Origin: an uncultured Vicinamibacteraceae bacterium
GTDB lineage: Bacteria > Acidobacteriota > Vicinamibacteria > Vicinamibacterales > UBA8438
NCBI GenBank assembly: GCA_964342185.1
Contig: CAYFER010000012.1
Coordinates: 1,329-65,328, forward strand
Direction: 5' to 3'
DNA: 64,000 nucleotides
Positions 18,294-28,258 of this stretch are shown here, one piece after another; positions within the stretch are counted from its first letter, which is position 1; each line of letters begins with the position of its first letter. The notes below the pieces were generated by a model, which ran no database searches, was not told the DNA's origin, and was given only the letters and a program-made list of their open reading frames with translations. The position numbers and the translations under genes are program-made.

Positions 18294-20952
18294 ATTAACG
18301 AAAGTGTTTGAGCATGCGGCGGTGGATCCTAAGTGGTACGCCTATTGGGAGGATATAGGTGCGTTTCGAGCTGACCCGGAATCTTCCCGTCAACCATTTA
18401 GCATGGTACTGCCTCCTCCGAACGTAACTGGTTGGTTGCACATAGGGCATGCTCTGAATCAGACCTTGCCGGATATTGTCGCGAGATGGAAACGGATGCA
18501 AGGGTATGACGTTCTCTGGCTTCCCGGAACCGATCACGCAGGTATAGCCACTCAGAATGTGGTTGAAAAGCAACTGGCCAATGAGGGGCAAACACGGCAT
18601 GACCTCGGTCGCGAGGCCTTTGAAAATAGGGTTTGGGAGTGGGTGAAGCAGAGTCACGGAACAATCACTAGTCAAATGCGGCAACTGGGGTCGTCGGTCG
18701 ATTGGTCGCGCGAACGGTTCACATTAGACGAGAGTCTCTCTCGTGCCGTCAGACGAGTATTCGTTTCGTTGTATCAGGACGGACTGATTTACCGGGGAAA
18801 GTATCTTGTCAGTTGGTGTCCTCGATGTCGTACGGCCCTATCTGATCTAGAAGCGGTTCATAAGGACACAAGAGGTGGTTTGTATCGAATTCGATATCCG
18901 TTTACGGATGGTGACGGGTTCGTGGTCGTTGCGACGACCCGGCCGGAAACACTATTGGGAGACACAGCGATTGCGGTTCATCCTGCCGATACGCGTTACG
19001 AGTCGGTTCGGACGCGAACCGTTCGCCTCCCGATCATGGGGCGAGAAGTTTCGTTTGTGCAAGATGATTTCGTCGACCCAGAATTTGGTACCGGTGTGGT
19101 TAAGGTCACACCGGCACATGACCCAAATGACTTTGAAATGGCCAAGAGGCACGACCTTCCTCAGATTTCGGTTATTGATGAAGATGGTCGTATGACCGCC
19201 GCCGCCGGACCTTATAAGGGACGTGATAGGTTTGAGACGAGAGATGCGATTGTCGAGCGGCTAGAACTCGATGGTTTGCTTGTGGGTGTCGAAGACCACG
19301 TCCACGCTGTGGCGCACTGCCAACGCTGTGGGACAGTGATTGAGCCTCTGCTTTCAACACAGTGGTTTGTCAAGATTGAACCGATGGCTGAATCGGCACT
19401 CAACGCTGTCGCAACTGAAAAGACGACTTTTGTTCCTGACAATTGGACCAAGATTTATAACGACTGGATGACGAATATTCACGACTGGTGTATTTCTCGA
19501 CAGTTATGGTGGGGACACCGTATTCCGGCTTGGTATTGCAATGACTGTGATGAAGTTCTCGTTTCTGAAGAGACACCGGAACTTTGCAAATGTGGTGGCT
19601 CGCTCCGGCAAGACACCGACGTTCTTGACACGTGGTTTAGCTCTGGGCTGTGGCCTTTTAGCACCATGGGGTGGCCAGATCCAACCGCTGACTTGGCAAG
19701 GTATTACCCAACCACGCTGTTGATAACAGCGCACGACATTATTTTTTTCTGGGTCGCTCGAATGATGATGTTAGGTTTGAAGTTCGCTGATTCTGCGCCG
19801 TTTCAGCAGGTATACATAACGTCCTTGGTGCGCGACGCGCATGGTCAGAAGATGAGTAAGTCGAAGGGCAACGTGGTCGACCCGCTGAAATTGATAGACG
19901 AGGTTGGAGCAGACGCGTTTCGATTTACTCTCGCTGCATTGGCGTCTCCGGGGATGGATATCTCTTTGTCTGATGGAAGACTAAAAGGTTACCGCCAATT
20001 CATTAACAAGATTTGGAATGTATCGCGGTTTGTTTTAATGAATTTACCGGCAGATGTGACGGTGCGTCCAGATATGCCGAAGCTAGACTCGCTAAACTTG
20101 GCCCATCGCTGGATTTTGCACCGCTTGAGAGAGGTGACGTTCGAGGTGGACCAGGCGTTGAATGAATTTAGGTTTGATGTAGCGGCCGATCGTCTCTATC
20201 ACTTTGTTTGGCATGAATATGCAGACTGGTATATCGAGTTAACTAAAGCACCGTTACAAGCGCGGGGTCGCGAGCGGGACCAGGCAGTTGCCGTGCTGTT
20301 GGAAGTTCATGACCAGATTCTGCGACTTTTACACCCCTTCATCCCGTTTGTCACTGAAGAGATTTGGCAGTCCCTGCCGCAGCGACCAGGAGATGGCACT
20401 CGCGCCGACGAAAATAAGGCGACGATTACGTTAGCGGCGTTTCCACGTCCGAGATCGGAGTGGCGGGATACCACGGCGGCTTCGACAATGGCACTCTTAC
20501 AGGAGGTTGTCACGTCTATACGCACGCTGCGTTCGGAGTGGGGAGTGCCAACGTCCCGAAAGGTCTGTGCCATTATCGAGTCGGCCTCTAAGGACGACGA
20601 AGGTTTGTTAAAAGCATCTCGGGAACAAATGTCGCGTCTTGCGGGTTTAGAGACGCTCGAATTTTCTGATAATGTTCGACCCGATCCTGACACAGTCAAG
20701 CGTGTTGTACGTAATTTTCGGATTCACGTGCCGCTGGCAGGTGTCGTCGATCGGGGCAAAGAAATCGAACGTGTGAAACGTGATTTGAAGAAGCTATCCA
20801 AGCAACGAACCCTATTACAATCGCGACTAGCGAACTCAAAGTTTGTCGAACGTGCTGCTCCGGAAGTTGTCGCTGACGCGAAAACTCAAGAGGAGACGAT
20901 TGGTCAGCGCCAAGCTCAACTTGAACAGATCTTGGTGGAGTTGGGCGGATGA
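18286..20952 (+). CDS. valS: Valine--tRNA ligase
   Basis: PPPNVTGWLHIGHAL, PGTDHAGIATQ, DWCISRQLWWGHRIP, KMSKSKGN and a C-terminal coiled coil. ATG at 18286. Confidence 0.98.
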   Translation: MPELTKVFEHAAVDPKWYAYWEDIGAFRADPESSRQPFSMVLPPPNVTGWLHIGHALNQTLPDIVARWKRMQGYDVLWLPGTDHAGIATQNVVEKQLANEGQTRHDLGREAFENRVWEWVKQSHGTITSQMRQLGSSVDWSRERFTLDESLSRAVRRVFVSLYQDGLIYRGKYLVSWCPRCRTALSDLEAVHKDTRGGLYRIRYPFTDGDGFVVVATTRPETLLGDTAIAVHPADTRYESVRTRTVRLPIMGREVSFVQDDFVDPEFGTGVVKVTPAHDPNDFEMAKRHDLPQISVIDEDGRMTAAAGPYKGRDRFETRDAIVERLELDGLLVGVEDHVHAVAHCQRCGTVIEPLLSTQWFVKIEPMAESALNAVATEKTTFVPDNWTKIYNDWMTNIHDWCISRQLWWGHRIPAWYCNDCDEVLVSEETPELCKCGGSLRQDTDVLDTWFSSGLWPFSTMGWPDPTADLARYYPTTLLITAHDIIFFWVARMMMLGLKFADSAPFQQVYITSLVRDAHGQKMSKSKGNVVDPLKLIDEVGADAFRFTLAALASPGMDISLSDGRLKGYRQFINKIWNVSRFVLMNLPADVTVRPDMPKLDSLNLAHRWILHRLREVTFEVDQALNEFRFDVAADRLYHFVWHEYADWYIELTKAPLQARGRERDQAVAVLLEVHDQILRLLHPFIPFVTEEIWQSLPQRPGDGTRADENKATITLAAFPRPRSEWRDTTAASTMALLQEVVTSIRTLRSEWGVPTSRKVCAIIESASKDDEGLLKASREQMSRLAGLETLEFSDNVRPDPDTVKRVVRNFRIHVPLAGVVDRGKEIERVKRDLKKLSKQRTLLQSRLANSKFVERAAPEVVADAKTQEETIGQRQAQLEQILVELGG

Positions 20953-21815
20953 AGGGCGAGGGGCTTCTGCCTTTAGAACCTTCCCTCTATCGAGAGACGG
21001 TACGTCGTGCCCTGGCTGAAGACATAAGGTCAGGTGATGTGACGACCGTTGCTACGGTTCCTCCTGACCTACGAGCTGTCGGTGAGGTTGTGTGTGGGGC
21101 ACCATGTGTTTTAGCTGGCTTGGAGGTGGCGGTCGAGACGTTCTCGCAGCTGGATCCGACTGTTCACGTTTCTCGGTTGCATCGGGACGGCGACAAATGT
21201 GGTGCTGGGGATGAAGTTGTTCGTGTCGCCGGATCAGGTAGAGCACTGCTCACTGCTGAGAGGACTGCACTGAATTTCCTTCAACGAATGTCCGGCGTGG
21301 CAACGTTGACCCATCAATGTGTTACTACGGTGAAGGGACGAACTATAGTCCTGGATACCCGAAAAACGATGCCGACTCTCCGTGCTCTCGATAAGTATGC
21401 GGTGCGAGCCGGCGGTGGAGTGAATCACAGGGTGGCGCTTGACGATGCGATCTTAATCAAGGACAACCATATTGCTCTCGCGGGTTCGATTTCAGAGGCG
21501 GTGGCCCGCGTTAAACGGGCAGGTCATACGGGCTTGGTCACGGTGGAGGTGCAGAACCGTTCGGATGTAGCACAAGCTGTTGAGTCAGGAGCTGATGTTC
21601 TGCTAGCCGACAATATGGATCGAATAGAAATTGAGGAGACGATTCGGCTAACACGTGGCGTCGCAAAAGTTGAGGTGTCTGGAGGACTTACGATGGATCG
21701 ACTCGAAGAGGTCGCGGTTGTCGGTCCTGAATATGTGTCGATTGGTGCGATGACACACTCGGCGCAAGCCGTTGATTTTAGCTTCGACCTGAACGTTGAT
21801 ACTGCCTTGAAATGA
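20949..21815 (+). CDS. nadC: Nicotinate-nucleotide diphosphorylase (carboxylating)
   Basis: ALAEDI...GDVTT, ERTALNFLQRMSG, DTRKT, LIKDNH, VEVSGG, SIGAMTHS. Confidence 0.96.
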   Translation: MKGEGLLPLEPSLYRETVRRALAEDIRSGDVTTVATVPPDLRAVGEVVCGAPCVLAGLEVAVETFSQLDPTVHVSRLHRDGDKCGAGDEVVRVAGSGRALLTAERTALNFLQRMSGVATLTHQCVTTVKGRTIVLDTRKTMPTLRALDKYAVRAGGGVNHRVALDDAILIKDNHIALAGSISEAVARVKRAGHTGLVTVEVQNRSDVAQAVESGADVLLADNMDRIEIEETIRLTRGVAKVEVSGGLTMDRLEEVAVVGPEYVSIGAMTHSAQAVDFSFDLNVDTALK

Positions 21816-22663
21816 CAGATGTTCTGCCGAAGGATTTCGTCCGAGCATTGGGCGAACGGGCTGTTGCGACCCGTCTTTTACGTTTCACACAGCGTCTAGC
21901 TTATTTTGACGTTGTCGAGTCGACCAACGACGTAGCTATGGGCTTGCTGGAGTCAGGCGCGCCAGACGGCACGACTGTTCTTGCCTCAGCGCAGACTTCG
22001 GGCCGTGGCCGGCGTGGAAGAAACTGGTTTTCACCTGAGGGAGCAGGTCTTTATCTCTCCGTTGTAATTCGAGATTTGCAGGCTTTACCAATTACTCTGC
22101 TAGCGGGGGTGGTGGCTGCCGAGGGTATTCGTGTGGCGACCGACGTCGCCGTCGACCTTGAATGGCCGAATGATCTGGTTGTTGAATCCGATGAATCGAG
22201 TCCCATGTGGCCACGACGGAAGAAAGTTGGAGGTATCTTGGCAGAAGGAGTGTCTGGCGGAACAGATCACGGTGCCGTAGTCGTTGGCATCGGCGTTAAC
22301 GTTAACTCAATGGGATATCCCCCCGATATAGCCGACAGGGCGTCATCGCTTGAAGCGATATCTGGACGGAAGATAGACCGCGGAGTCGTAATGTCCAGCA
22401 TACTTTTGTCTTTGGCAGCATGGAGTGACAAATGTAGGGCCGCTGGTGGAGCAACGATGTTGCAGCGGTGGCGAGAACTGTCTCCTTCGAGTCATGGGGC
22501 GAGAGTCTCGTGGGCGTCTACTGAGGGTGATCGTAGTGGTATTACCGAGGGGATCGATTCTGATGGTGCGCTTCGTGTTCGGTTCGGTGAACAAAGTGAG
22601 CGAGTGTTGGGTGGGACGCTAGTGTGGCTTCCGGAGCCAAGCCTAGATTCCCTGGAGGGCTGA
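21812..22663 (+). CDS. birA: Biotin--[acetyl-CoA-carboxylase] ligase (no N-terminal HTH)
   Basis: STND, QTSGRGRRGRNWFSP, WPNDL, KKVGGILAE, GIDSDGAL. Confidence 0.93.
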   Translation: MTDVLPKDFVRALGERAVATRLLRFTQRLAYFDVVESTNDVAMGLLESGAPDGTTVLASAQTSGRGRRGRNWFSPEGAGLYLSVVIRDLQALPITLLAGVVAAEGIRVATDVAVDLEWPNDLVVESDESSPMWPRRKKVGGILAEGVSGGTDHGAVVVGIGVNVNSMGYPPDIADRASSLEAISGRKIDRGVVMSSILLSLAAWSDKCRAAGGATMLQRWRELSPSSHGARVSWASTEGDRSGITEGIDSDGALRVRFGEQSERVLGGTLVWLPEPSLDSLEG

Positions 22664-22664
22664 G

Positions 22665-23447
22665 ATGCTCTTGGCAATTGATGTTGGCAATACGAATATT
22701 GCGATAGGAATCTTTACTGGCGACGAACTGACGGTCAGTTGGAGACTGGCTTCAACGGCGGAACGCACAGCAGATGAGTTATGGGTAATTGTCAGTAGAC
22801 TTTTTTCGGAACGACGGGTTGATCCCGGGAAAATTACCGGTGTGATCCTGTCTTCGGTAGTGCCAACAGTCACGAAGAGTGTCACGAAAATGGTTGCACA
22901 GGGATTTGGGCAACAGGTGTTGCATGTTGATTCAAATAATTCGGGCCTTCCGATTTTGTATGAACATCCGGAAGAAGTCGGTGCTGACCGGCTAGTCAAC
23001 AGTGTTGCTGCACGAGCATTCTACGGAGAGAGTGGCCACCCGATAATCGTAGTGGATTTCGGAACTGCTACTACTTTTGATGTCATATCGCCGGCAGGCG
23101 AGTATCTGGGTGGCATCATTTGTCCCGGTGTTGAAATTTCGGCAGATGCTTTGTTTGATCGCGCCGCCCGCCTACCAAGAGTGGATATTCAGCGACCAGC
23201 AGCGCTAATTGGTCGGACAACTGTTGGAGCGATACAGTCAGGATTGTTTTACGGGTATGTCGCCATGATCGAGGGGATTCTCGAACGCGTGAATGATTCG
23301 CTGCCGGAAGCGAAATCTTCCATATGTGTGGCTACAGGGGGACTTGCTGAAAAGATGGCAACTGAGGTTCGCTTTATTGACCACACCCATCTCGATCTAA
23401 CTTTGATTGGTCTCAGACTGATCTGGGAAAGGAACGCTGGGGGCTAG
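22665..23447 (+). CDS. coaX: Type III pantothenate kinase
   Basis: MLLAIDVGNTN, GADR, VVDFGTATTFD, GGIICPG, ATGG. Confidence 0.96.
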   Translation: MLLAIDVGNTNIAIGIFTGDELTVSWRLASTAERTADELWVIVSRLFSERRVDPGKITGVILSSVVPTVTKSVTKMVAQGFGQQVLHVDSNNSGLPILYEHPEEVGADRLVNSVAARAFYGESGHPIIVVDFGTATTFDVISPAGEYLGGIICPGVEISADALFDRAARLPRVDIQRPAALIGRTTVGAIQSGLFYGYVAMIEGILERVNDSLPEAKSSICVATGGLAEKMATEVRFIDHTHLDLTLIGLRLIWERNAGG

Positions 23448-23475
23448 GAGTAGAGTCACTGTCTTCTGTAGATCT

Positions 23476-24168
23476 ATGGATCTTGGCTTTTATTGTCGTG
23501 AAGTCGAATCGTATCTTTGCAATAAGAACAGCGGTCATCTTGTACGAATTGTTGGTCCTGGATTTGATTTGGTGTGTGACTGGGCAGAGAGGCGGATTCC
23601 ATTGCACGTCGTTTTTCGTTCGATTGACCGAACATTTGAGCGCCATTACCGGAAAGGACGAACACGGCGTCCGATCAGAATCGAGTTCTGCGAAGCAGAC
23701 GTTAGGGAATTGTTTGATGAGTGGTGCCGTGCCGTAGGGCCCGGTGCTTTGTCGGAAACTCCATCTGGGTCTCAGGTTAAGCAGTCTCCAGTGGAGGCTC
23801 ACATTAAACGGACTATCTCTCGGTTGACAACCTGTCGCGATGCTGATGGACAGTTGCCTGCGATGCTGGAAGTAATTACCAGATCAATTGCTGATCTTAA
23901 TCTAGTTCATGAGAGGATTCGGATTACCCAGGGTGCTGCACGACAGGAAGTCGTTGAACGTCTTCGACAAATTGAAATCGAATTGACGGCGGTGTTATAT
24001 GAAGTCGTTGATTCCGGGACTTTTGAGTCGATGCAGTCAGAAATGGCAATTGAACTTGAGTCGTTTCGAGAGAGGATGCCTCCCGATGCGTTCGCGGCGG
24101 CCAAACGTGTAGGTATAGACCGCCTACTATATGACCACTTTAAACTTCCGAAGATTTCTTTCGAATAA
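23476..24168 (+). CDS. Hypothetical protein, helical; N-terminus loosely DnaD/DnaB_2-like
   Basis: 230-aa ORF in operon orientation with no confident family match; see findings. Confidence 0.7.
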   Translation: MDLGFYCREVESYLCNKNSGHLVRIVGPGFDLVCDWAERRIPLHVVFRSIDRTFERHYRKGRTRRPIRIEFCEADVRELFDEWCRAVGPGALSETPSGSQVKQSPVEAHIKRTISRLTTCRDADGQLPAMLEVITRSIADLNLVHERIRITQGAARQEVVERLRQIEIELTAVLYEVVDSGTFESMQSEMAIELESFRERMPPDAFAAAKRVGIDRLLYDHFKLPKISFE

Positions 24169-24227
24169 TCTTTTGATTCCGTATTTCTCTGGGAGGAAAA
24201 CGTTCAGACTACCGAGTTGGTCAAGTT

Positions 24228-25502
24228 ATGAAATCTCTTCTTGACCTTCGCGTTGAGCGGCCTGTTGCCGGCGGAGTCATGCTTGCTTACCATTGTGGCC
24301 GAGTTGTTCTCGTATCTGGCGCGATTCCTGGAGAACGAGTACGAGCCGGAGTTGTTCGAGAAAGTAGAGATGTAATTCATGCCGCGGTGGTCGATGTTGT
24401 GGAACCCGATCCTGATCGCCGTGCAATAAATGTCGACCCCACTTGTGGGGGACAGGTTTATTTGCATATCAATTATGACCGCCAGCTACGGTTGAAGGCA
24501 GAGGTAATCCATGATGCACTGCGGCGGATTGCTCGTGCTAACGACCTAGGTCGGGTAACTGTTGCCCCGTCCCCTGAGCACGGGTATCGGATGCGAGGTC
24601 GATTACATGTTGGGGCATCCGGTCTTGGTTTTCTTCGGGAAGGTACGCATCAGCTGTGTAATCCCGCTGATACAGGTCAGCTACTCTCGGCGACGAACCA
24701 TACTCTCGCGATGGTGGGACGAAGGCTAGCCGGTACGAATTACCGGTCGGTTCTACATATAGACTTTGCGGAAGATATTGCAGCTGAAACGCGGGTCATT
24801 AACTTTCATCTCAAGAATCCTGCCTTATCTAAAGCAATTTCTGGCTGGGCTTCGGGTTGTTCGCTTTCAGGACTGACGTGGTCTCGACCGGGAAGTTCTG
24901 TAATAGAGACTGTGGCAGGAAAATCTAACGTTGTCGACTCTGTGGCTACGCTTTTGCCTGAATCACCATCGATCGAAGGGACGATTGGTAGAAATGCACG
25001 CTCGTTCTTTCAGGCCAACCGTTACCTACTACCGTCATTAGTTAATGCGGTCTGTAACTATGTCAAAAGCGGGCCGATTCTGGACCTCTATGCTGGCGTG
25101 GGGCTCTTTGCGGTAACGTTGGCAAGTTTGGGCGGTGAGGAAATTACTGCAGTCGAGCGAGATGTTATCGCTCGTGAGGATTTGACGCAGAATGCCAAGA
25201 GGGCGCAGCGCAGAATTCAAGTCGTTGGAACTTCAGTTGAGCGGTTTCTGACGGGAAGTTCTCAACGTATTCCAGGGACGGTCATCGTCGATCCTCCAAG
25301 GGCGGGATTGTCCAAGACAGTTCTGGAACGTCTAGTACAGAGAGGGGCAGCCTCAATTGTCTACGTGTCGTGTGATGTGGCTACTTTCGCACGCGATATC
25401 GGCAGGTTCCGCCAAGCTGGTTACGCTATTGAAAGAATACAGGCTTTTGACATGTTTCCGAATTCGGCTCACATTGAATTACTCGCCAAGCTCGAAAGTT
25501 AA
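24228..25502 (+). CDS. rlmD: RNA (uracil-5)-methyltransferase, RlmD/TrmA family with TRAM domain
   Basis: GAIPGERV, SFFQANR, LDLYAGVG, DPPRAG, YVSCD and DMFPNSAHIE. Confidence 0.85.
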   Translation: MKSLLDLRVERPVAGGVMLAYHCGRVVLVSGAIPGERVRAGVVRESRDVIHAAVVDVVEPDPDRRAINVDPTCGGQVYLHINYDRQLRLKAEVIHDALRRIARANDLGRVTVAPSPEHGYRMRGRLHVGASGLGFLREGTHQLCNPADTGQLLSATNHTLAMVGRRLAGTNYRSVLHIDFAEDIAAETRVINFHLKNPALSKAISGWASGCSLSGLTWSRPGSSVIETVAGKSNVVDSVATLLPESPSIEGTIGRNARSFFQANRYLLPSLVNAVCNYVKSGPILDLYAGVGLFAVTLASLGGEEITAVERDVIAREDLTQNAKRAQRRIQVVGTSVERFLTGSSQRIPGTVIVDPPRAGLSKTVLERLVQRGAASIVYVSCDVATFARDIGRFRQAGYAIERIQAFDMFPNSAHIELLAKLES

Positions 25503-25548
25503 GTTTTGCTGTTGCGGCAAAAGTTAATACCTAGGGCCGCGCAAATCG

Positions 25549-27531
25549 TCACATCCGGGTAGGGACTTCACACCCCATTAATTCCAGAGCCCTGCTTAAT
25601 TGATCCCGAACGTAGACAACAACTGCTGCTCGCCACAGACGAACATCCGGGTCTGATTCATTGAGTACTGGATATTGGTGGTAGAACCCGTTAAAAGATT
25701 GCGCCAAAGTGAAGACGTATTTGGCTAGCGATGAGAGTTCCAATGTGCGAATTGCCTGTTCGGCGACTTCTTCTAAACGTGATGCTTCGAGCACTAGGTC
25801 CCAAAGGTCCGTTCCATGCGGATCATCAAGAGAAGAAAGCGAAAGCGAGGGAAGGCGTTGGATTATATGGAGACGGTCGATATTGTTATTGGCTTTCAGT
25901 TTTCTAAGAATATTCCCGGCACGCACAGCTGCGTACTGAATGTATGGGCCACTTTCTCCTTCGAAACTCAGCGCTTCGTCAATGTCAAAGGCGATGACCT
26001 TGCCGCGTGAATACTTGATCATGAAGTAGCGGACAGCTGCGATTCCAATAGTCGTGGCAATGGTATGAACTTCGGTGTCGTCTAATTCCTTGTTACGTGC
26101 ACGCACCTCACCGTCGGCGGCTTTGGTTACAAGGTTCAAGAGGTCATCGGCTTTAACGCCCAACCCTTTCCGTCCAGACACTTCGACGAAGGGACGGTTG
26201 GTCGAGTCCCGGTTTCCATAACCTAGTTTTTTGGCTGTACTATGAGACAAAGCCACCATTTCGTACGAAAAGTGTACAGACCCTTCTGCTTCTTTATTGT
26301 GGCCTGCTGCGACCAATGCCTGTTGAAGGAGTTTTTGAAGATAGGCTTGACGGGTGTCGATTACGTTAAACACTGCTGAGGCGTGACCAAAACGTGGAGA
26401 TGCTTGCTGGTCTTCGCTTCCCTCAGTAGCTGTCGTCCAGAGCGGCCGTCCAGACCGTTGAGTCAGATATGGGCGAAATCTAAAGGTTTTACCTATTAGT
26501 CCAAATTTCCAGAACTGGTACGCAATGTCTTTGCCAACATACGTGACGGTTCCGTCAGATCTCACAACAACCTTGAACCGTGGGTCAGTACTATCGTTGG
26601 GGTGATCCTCTCTAATTTCCATGACCCAACATCCGGCTTGAGGGCCAGTTGTTTGAAGGAACAGGACACCGGCTTCCTTTAAAAGATCAAAGGCCGTTTC
26701 CCAGAAGTCGAGTCTGAGTATGTCTCCTTCCCAGCTTAAGAGGTCGTACTCGACGTTTAGTCGGTCCATTGTTGCGAGGTGGCATCTAACGATTCGATCT
26801 GCAATCAAGTTTGCTAATTCTGCTGATGGATTGCCGCCTCGTTCTAGGTCTTGCAGAGTGTTCTTACGGATTTCCAATCGTGATTGATCGGCATCGTACC
26901 ATTCGGTAACTTTCGCATAGAGGTCCCAGCAGTAGTAGTCGAAGCCTGGTGAATCACAGAGCAACTGAACGTCTTTTAGGGATTTTGATTCCAGTCGTTC
27001 AAATCCGATAACGACGTCTGCGACTTGTACTCCGGTATCATCGATGTAGTTCTGAATTTCAACCGCTTGGCCCGAAAATCGAAGAAGTCGGACTAACGTG
27101 TCACCTAAGGCAGCGTTACGAAGATGTCCAACATGGGCTGCTTTGTTTGGGTTAATCGCTGTGTGTTCAACAATGATCTTGGGAGCTTCGATATTTTCGT
27201 TTAGAAGAGAGCTGTGTTGGGAATTTAGTACTGACCGGAGGTAATGTGCTCGATCAAGATAGATATTGACGTATCCGTTCTTTGTGGCCTCAGCTTTGGC
27301 GACTCCCTCGATATGCCCTAATGCTTCAACGATTTCTTCGGCGATCGCCTGCGGTGACTTGCGAAGTGTTTTAGCCAGTTCAAAAGCGACAGTGATAGCA
27401 AGGTCGCCTAGCTGGCGAGTAGGCGGGTATTGAATCGTAATATTCGGACACACTTCTGGTGACAGGTCGTAAAGTGTCTTTAGTACTGACCTGAATCGGT
27501 CATGTACTCTTTGATGGAGTAGCAGGATCAT
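25549..27531 (-). CDS. argS: Arginine--tRNA ligase (long acidobacterial/archaeal-like type)
   Basis: EHTAINPNKAAHVGHLRNA, YIDDTGVQ, TYVGKDIAY, SGRKG, FEGESGPYIQYA. Confidence 0.95.
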   Translation of the reverse strand: MILLLHQRVHDRFRSVLKTLYDLSPEVCPNITIQYPPTRQLGDLAITVAFELAKTLRKSPQAIAEEIVEALGHIEGVAKAEATKNGYVNIYLDRAHYLRSVLNSQHSSLLNENIEAPKIIVEHTAINPNKAAHVGHLRNAALGDTLVRLLRFSGQAVEIQNYIDDTGVQVADVVIGFERLESKSLKDVQLLCDSPGFDYYCWDLYAKVTEWYDADQSRLEIRKNTLQDLERGGNPSAELANLIADRIVRCHLATMDRLNVEYDLLSWEGDILRLDFWETAFDLLKEAGVLFLQTTGPQAGCWVMEIREDHPNDSTDPRFKVVVRSDGTVTYVGKDIAYQFWKFGLIGKTFRFRPYLTQRSGRPLWTTATEGSEDQQASPRFGHASAVFNVIDTRQAYLQKLLQQALVAAGHNKEAEGSVHFSYEMVALSHSTAKKLGYGNRDSTNRPFVEVSGRKGLGVKADDLLNLVTKAADGEVRARNKELDDTEVHTIATTIGIAAVRYFMIKYSRGKVIAFDIDEALSFEGESGPYIQYAAVRAGNILRKLKANNNIDRLHIIQRLPSLSLSSLDDPHGTDLWDLVLEASRLEEVAEQAIRTLELSSLAKYVFTLAQSFNGFYHQYPVLNESDPDVRLWRAAVVVYVRDQLSRALELMGCEVPTRM

Positions 27532-28139
27532 AGCGCTGAGCTAGGTCTACGAGTTTTTGGGTAGAGTTTTAAGGCGGTTTCGTAGTCGTTGGGTGAATTG
27601 ATATTGAAAAAAAGTGTGCCAGTCGGATCAAAAGACGCTGTTTCAGTTGGTCCAAGTTCTCGAACTGTTACGGTAGGCAGGAAATCTGTCACTTTATTGG
27701 TTCGTGTATCGAGATGTTTTTGAATGACCTTGATGCATCGTTGATTGTATGCTGCGCATAAAGGTTGATATCCCTCGGTGGTACGAGGAATTGCTACATC
27801 AACATCACGTCCAGAGTCGGCTAAATACTGGAGAAATCGCACTGTCACAAATGGCATGTCACCGGCGAGTACAAGCGTGATGGGAGTCGTGGCATGAACT
27901 AGTGCTGTAAGAATTCCTCCCAAGGGGCCACAACTTGGTCTGATGTCTGGCCAAATTGGAACGCCGAGTGACTTGTAGAGTGTATGGTCGTTGGCCACGA
28001 TTGCTACGTGATCGGCAATCTCCCGTACGGTCATCAACTGACGGTCTATGATTCGCGAACCGCCGATCGGAAGCAGGGCTTTGGGCTGACCACCCATTCG
28101 ACGAGCTTGACCACCGGCAAGAATTGCCGCCGTGTACAT
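27528..28139 (-). CDS. mobA: Molybdenum cofactor guanylyltransferase
   Basis: MYTAAILAGGQARRMGG.PK, GPLGGI, DMPF, PLCAAY and FFNINSP. True start is ATG 28139; the ORF-track extension upstream overlaps nfeD. Confidence 0.9.
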   Translation of the reverse strand: MYTAAILAGGQARRMGGQPKALLPIGGSRIIDRQLMTVREIADHVAIVANDHTLYKSLGVPIWPDIRPSCGPLGGILTALVHATTPITLVLAGDMPFVTVRFLQYLADSGRDVDVAIPRTTEGYQPLCAAYNQRCIKVIQKHLDTRTNKVTDFLPTVTVRELGPTETASFDPTGTLFFNINSPNDYETALKLYPKTRRPSSAL

Positions 28140-28258
28140 TCCGCGTAACCTTACCAGATTCGTCGGTGGGCGGGGGAGTAGCGGTTTGTTCGTTGACAGC
28201 TGAACGCAGCTCGTTTTACCGTTGGTATCTAATTCAAAATGAAATTGGGCGCCCATTA

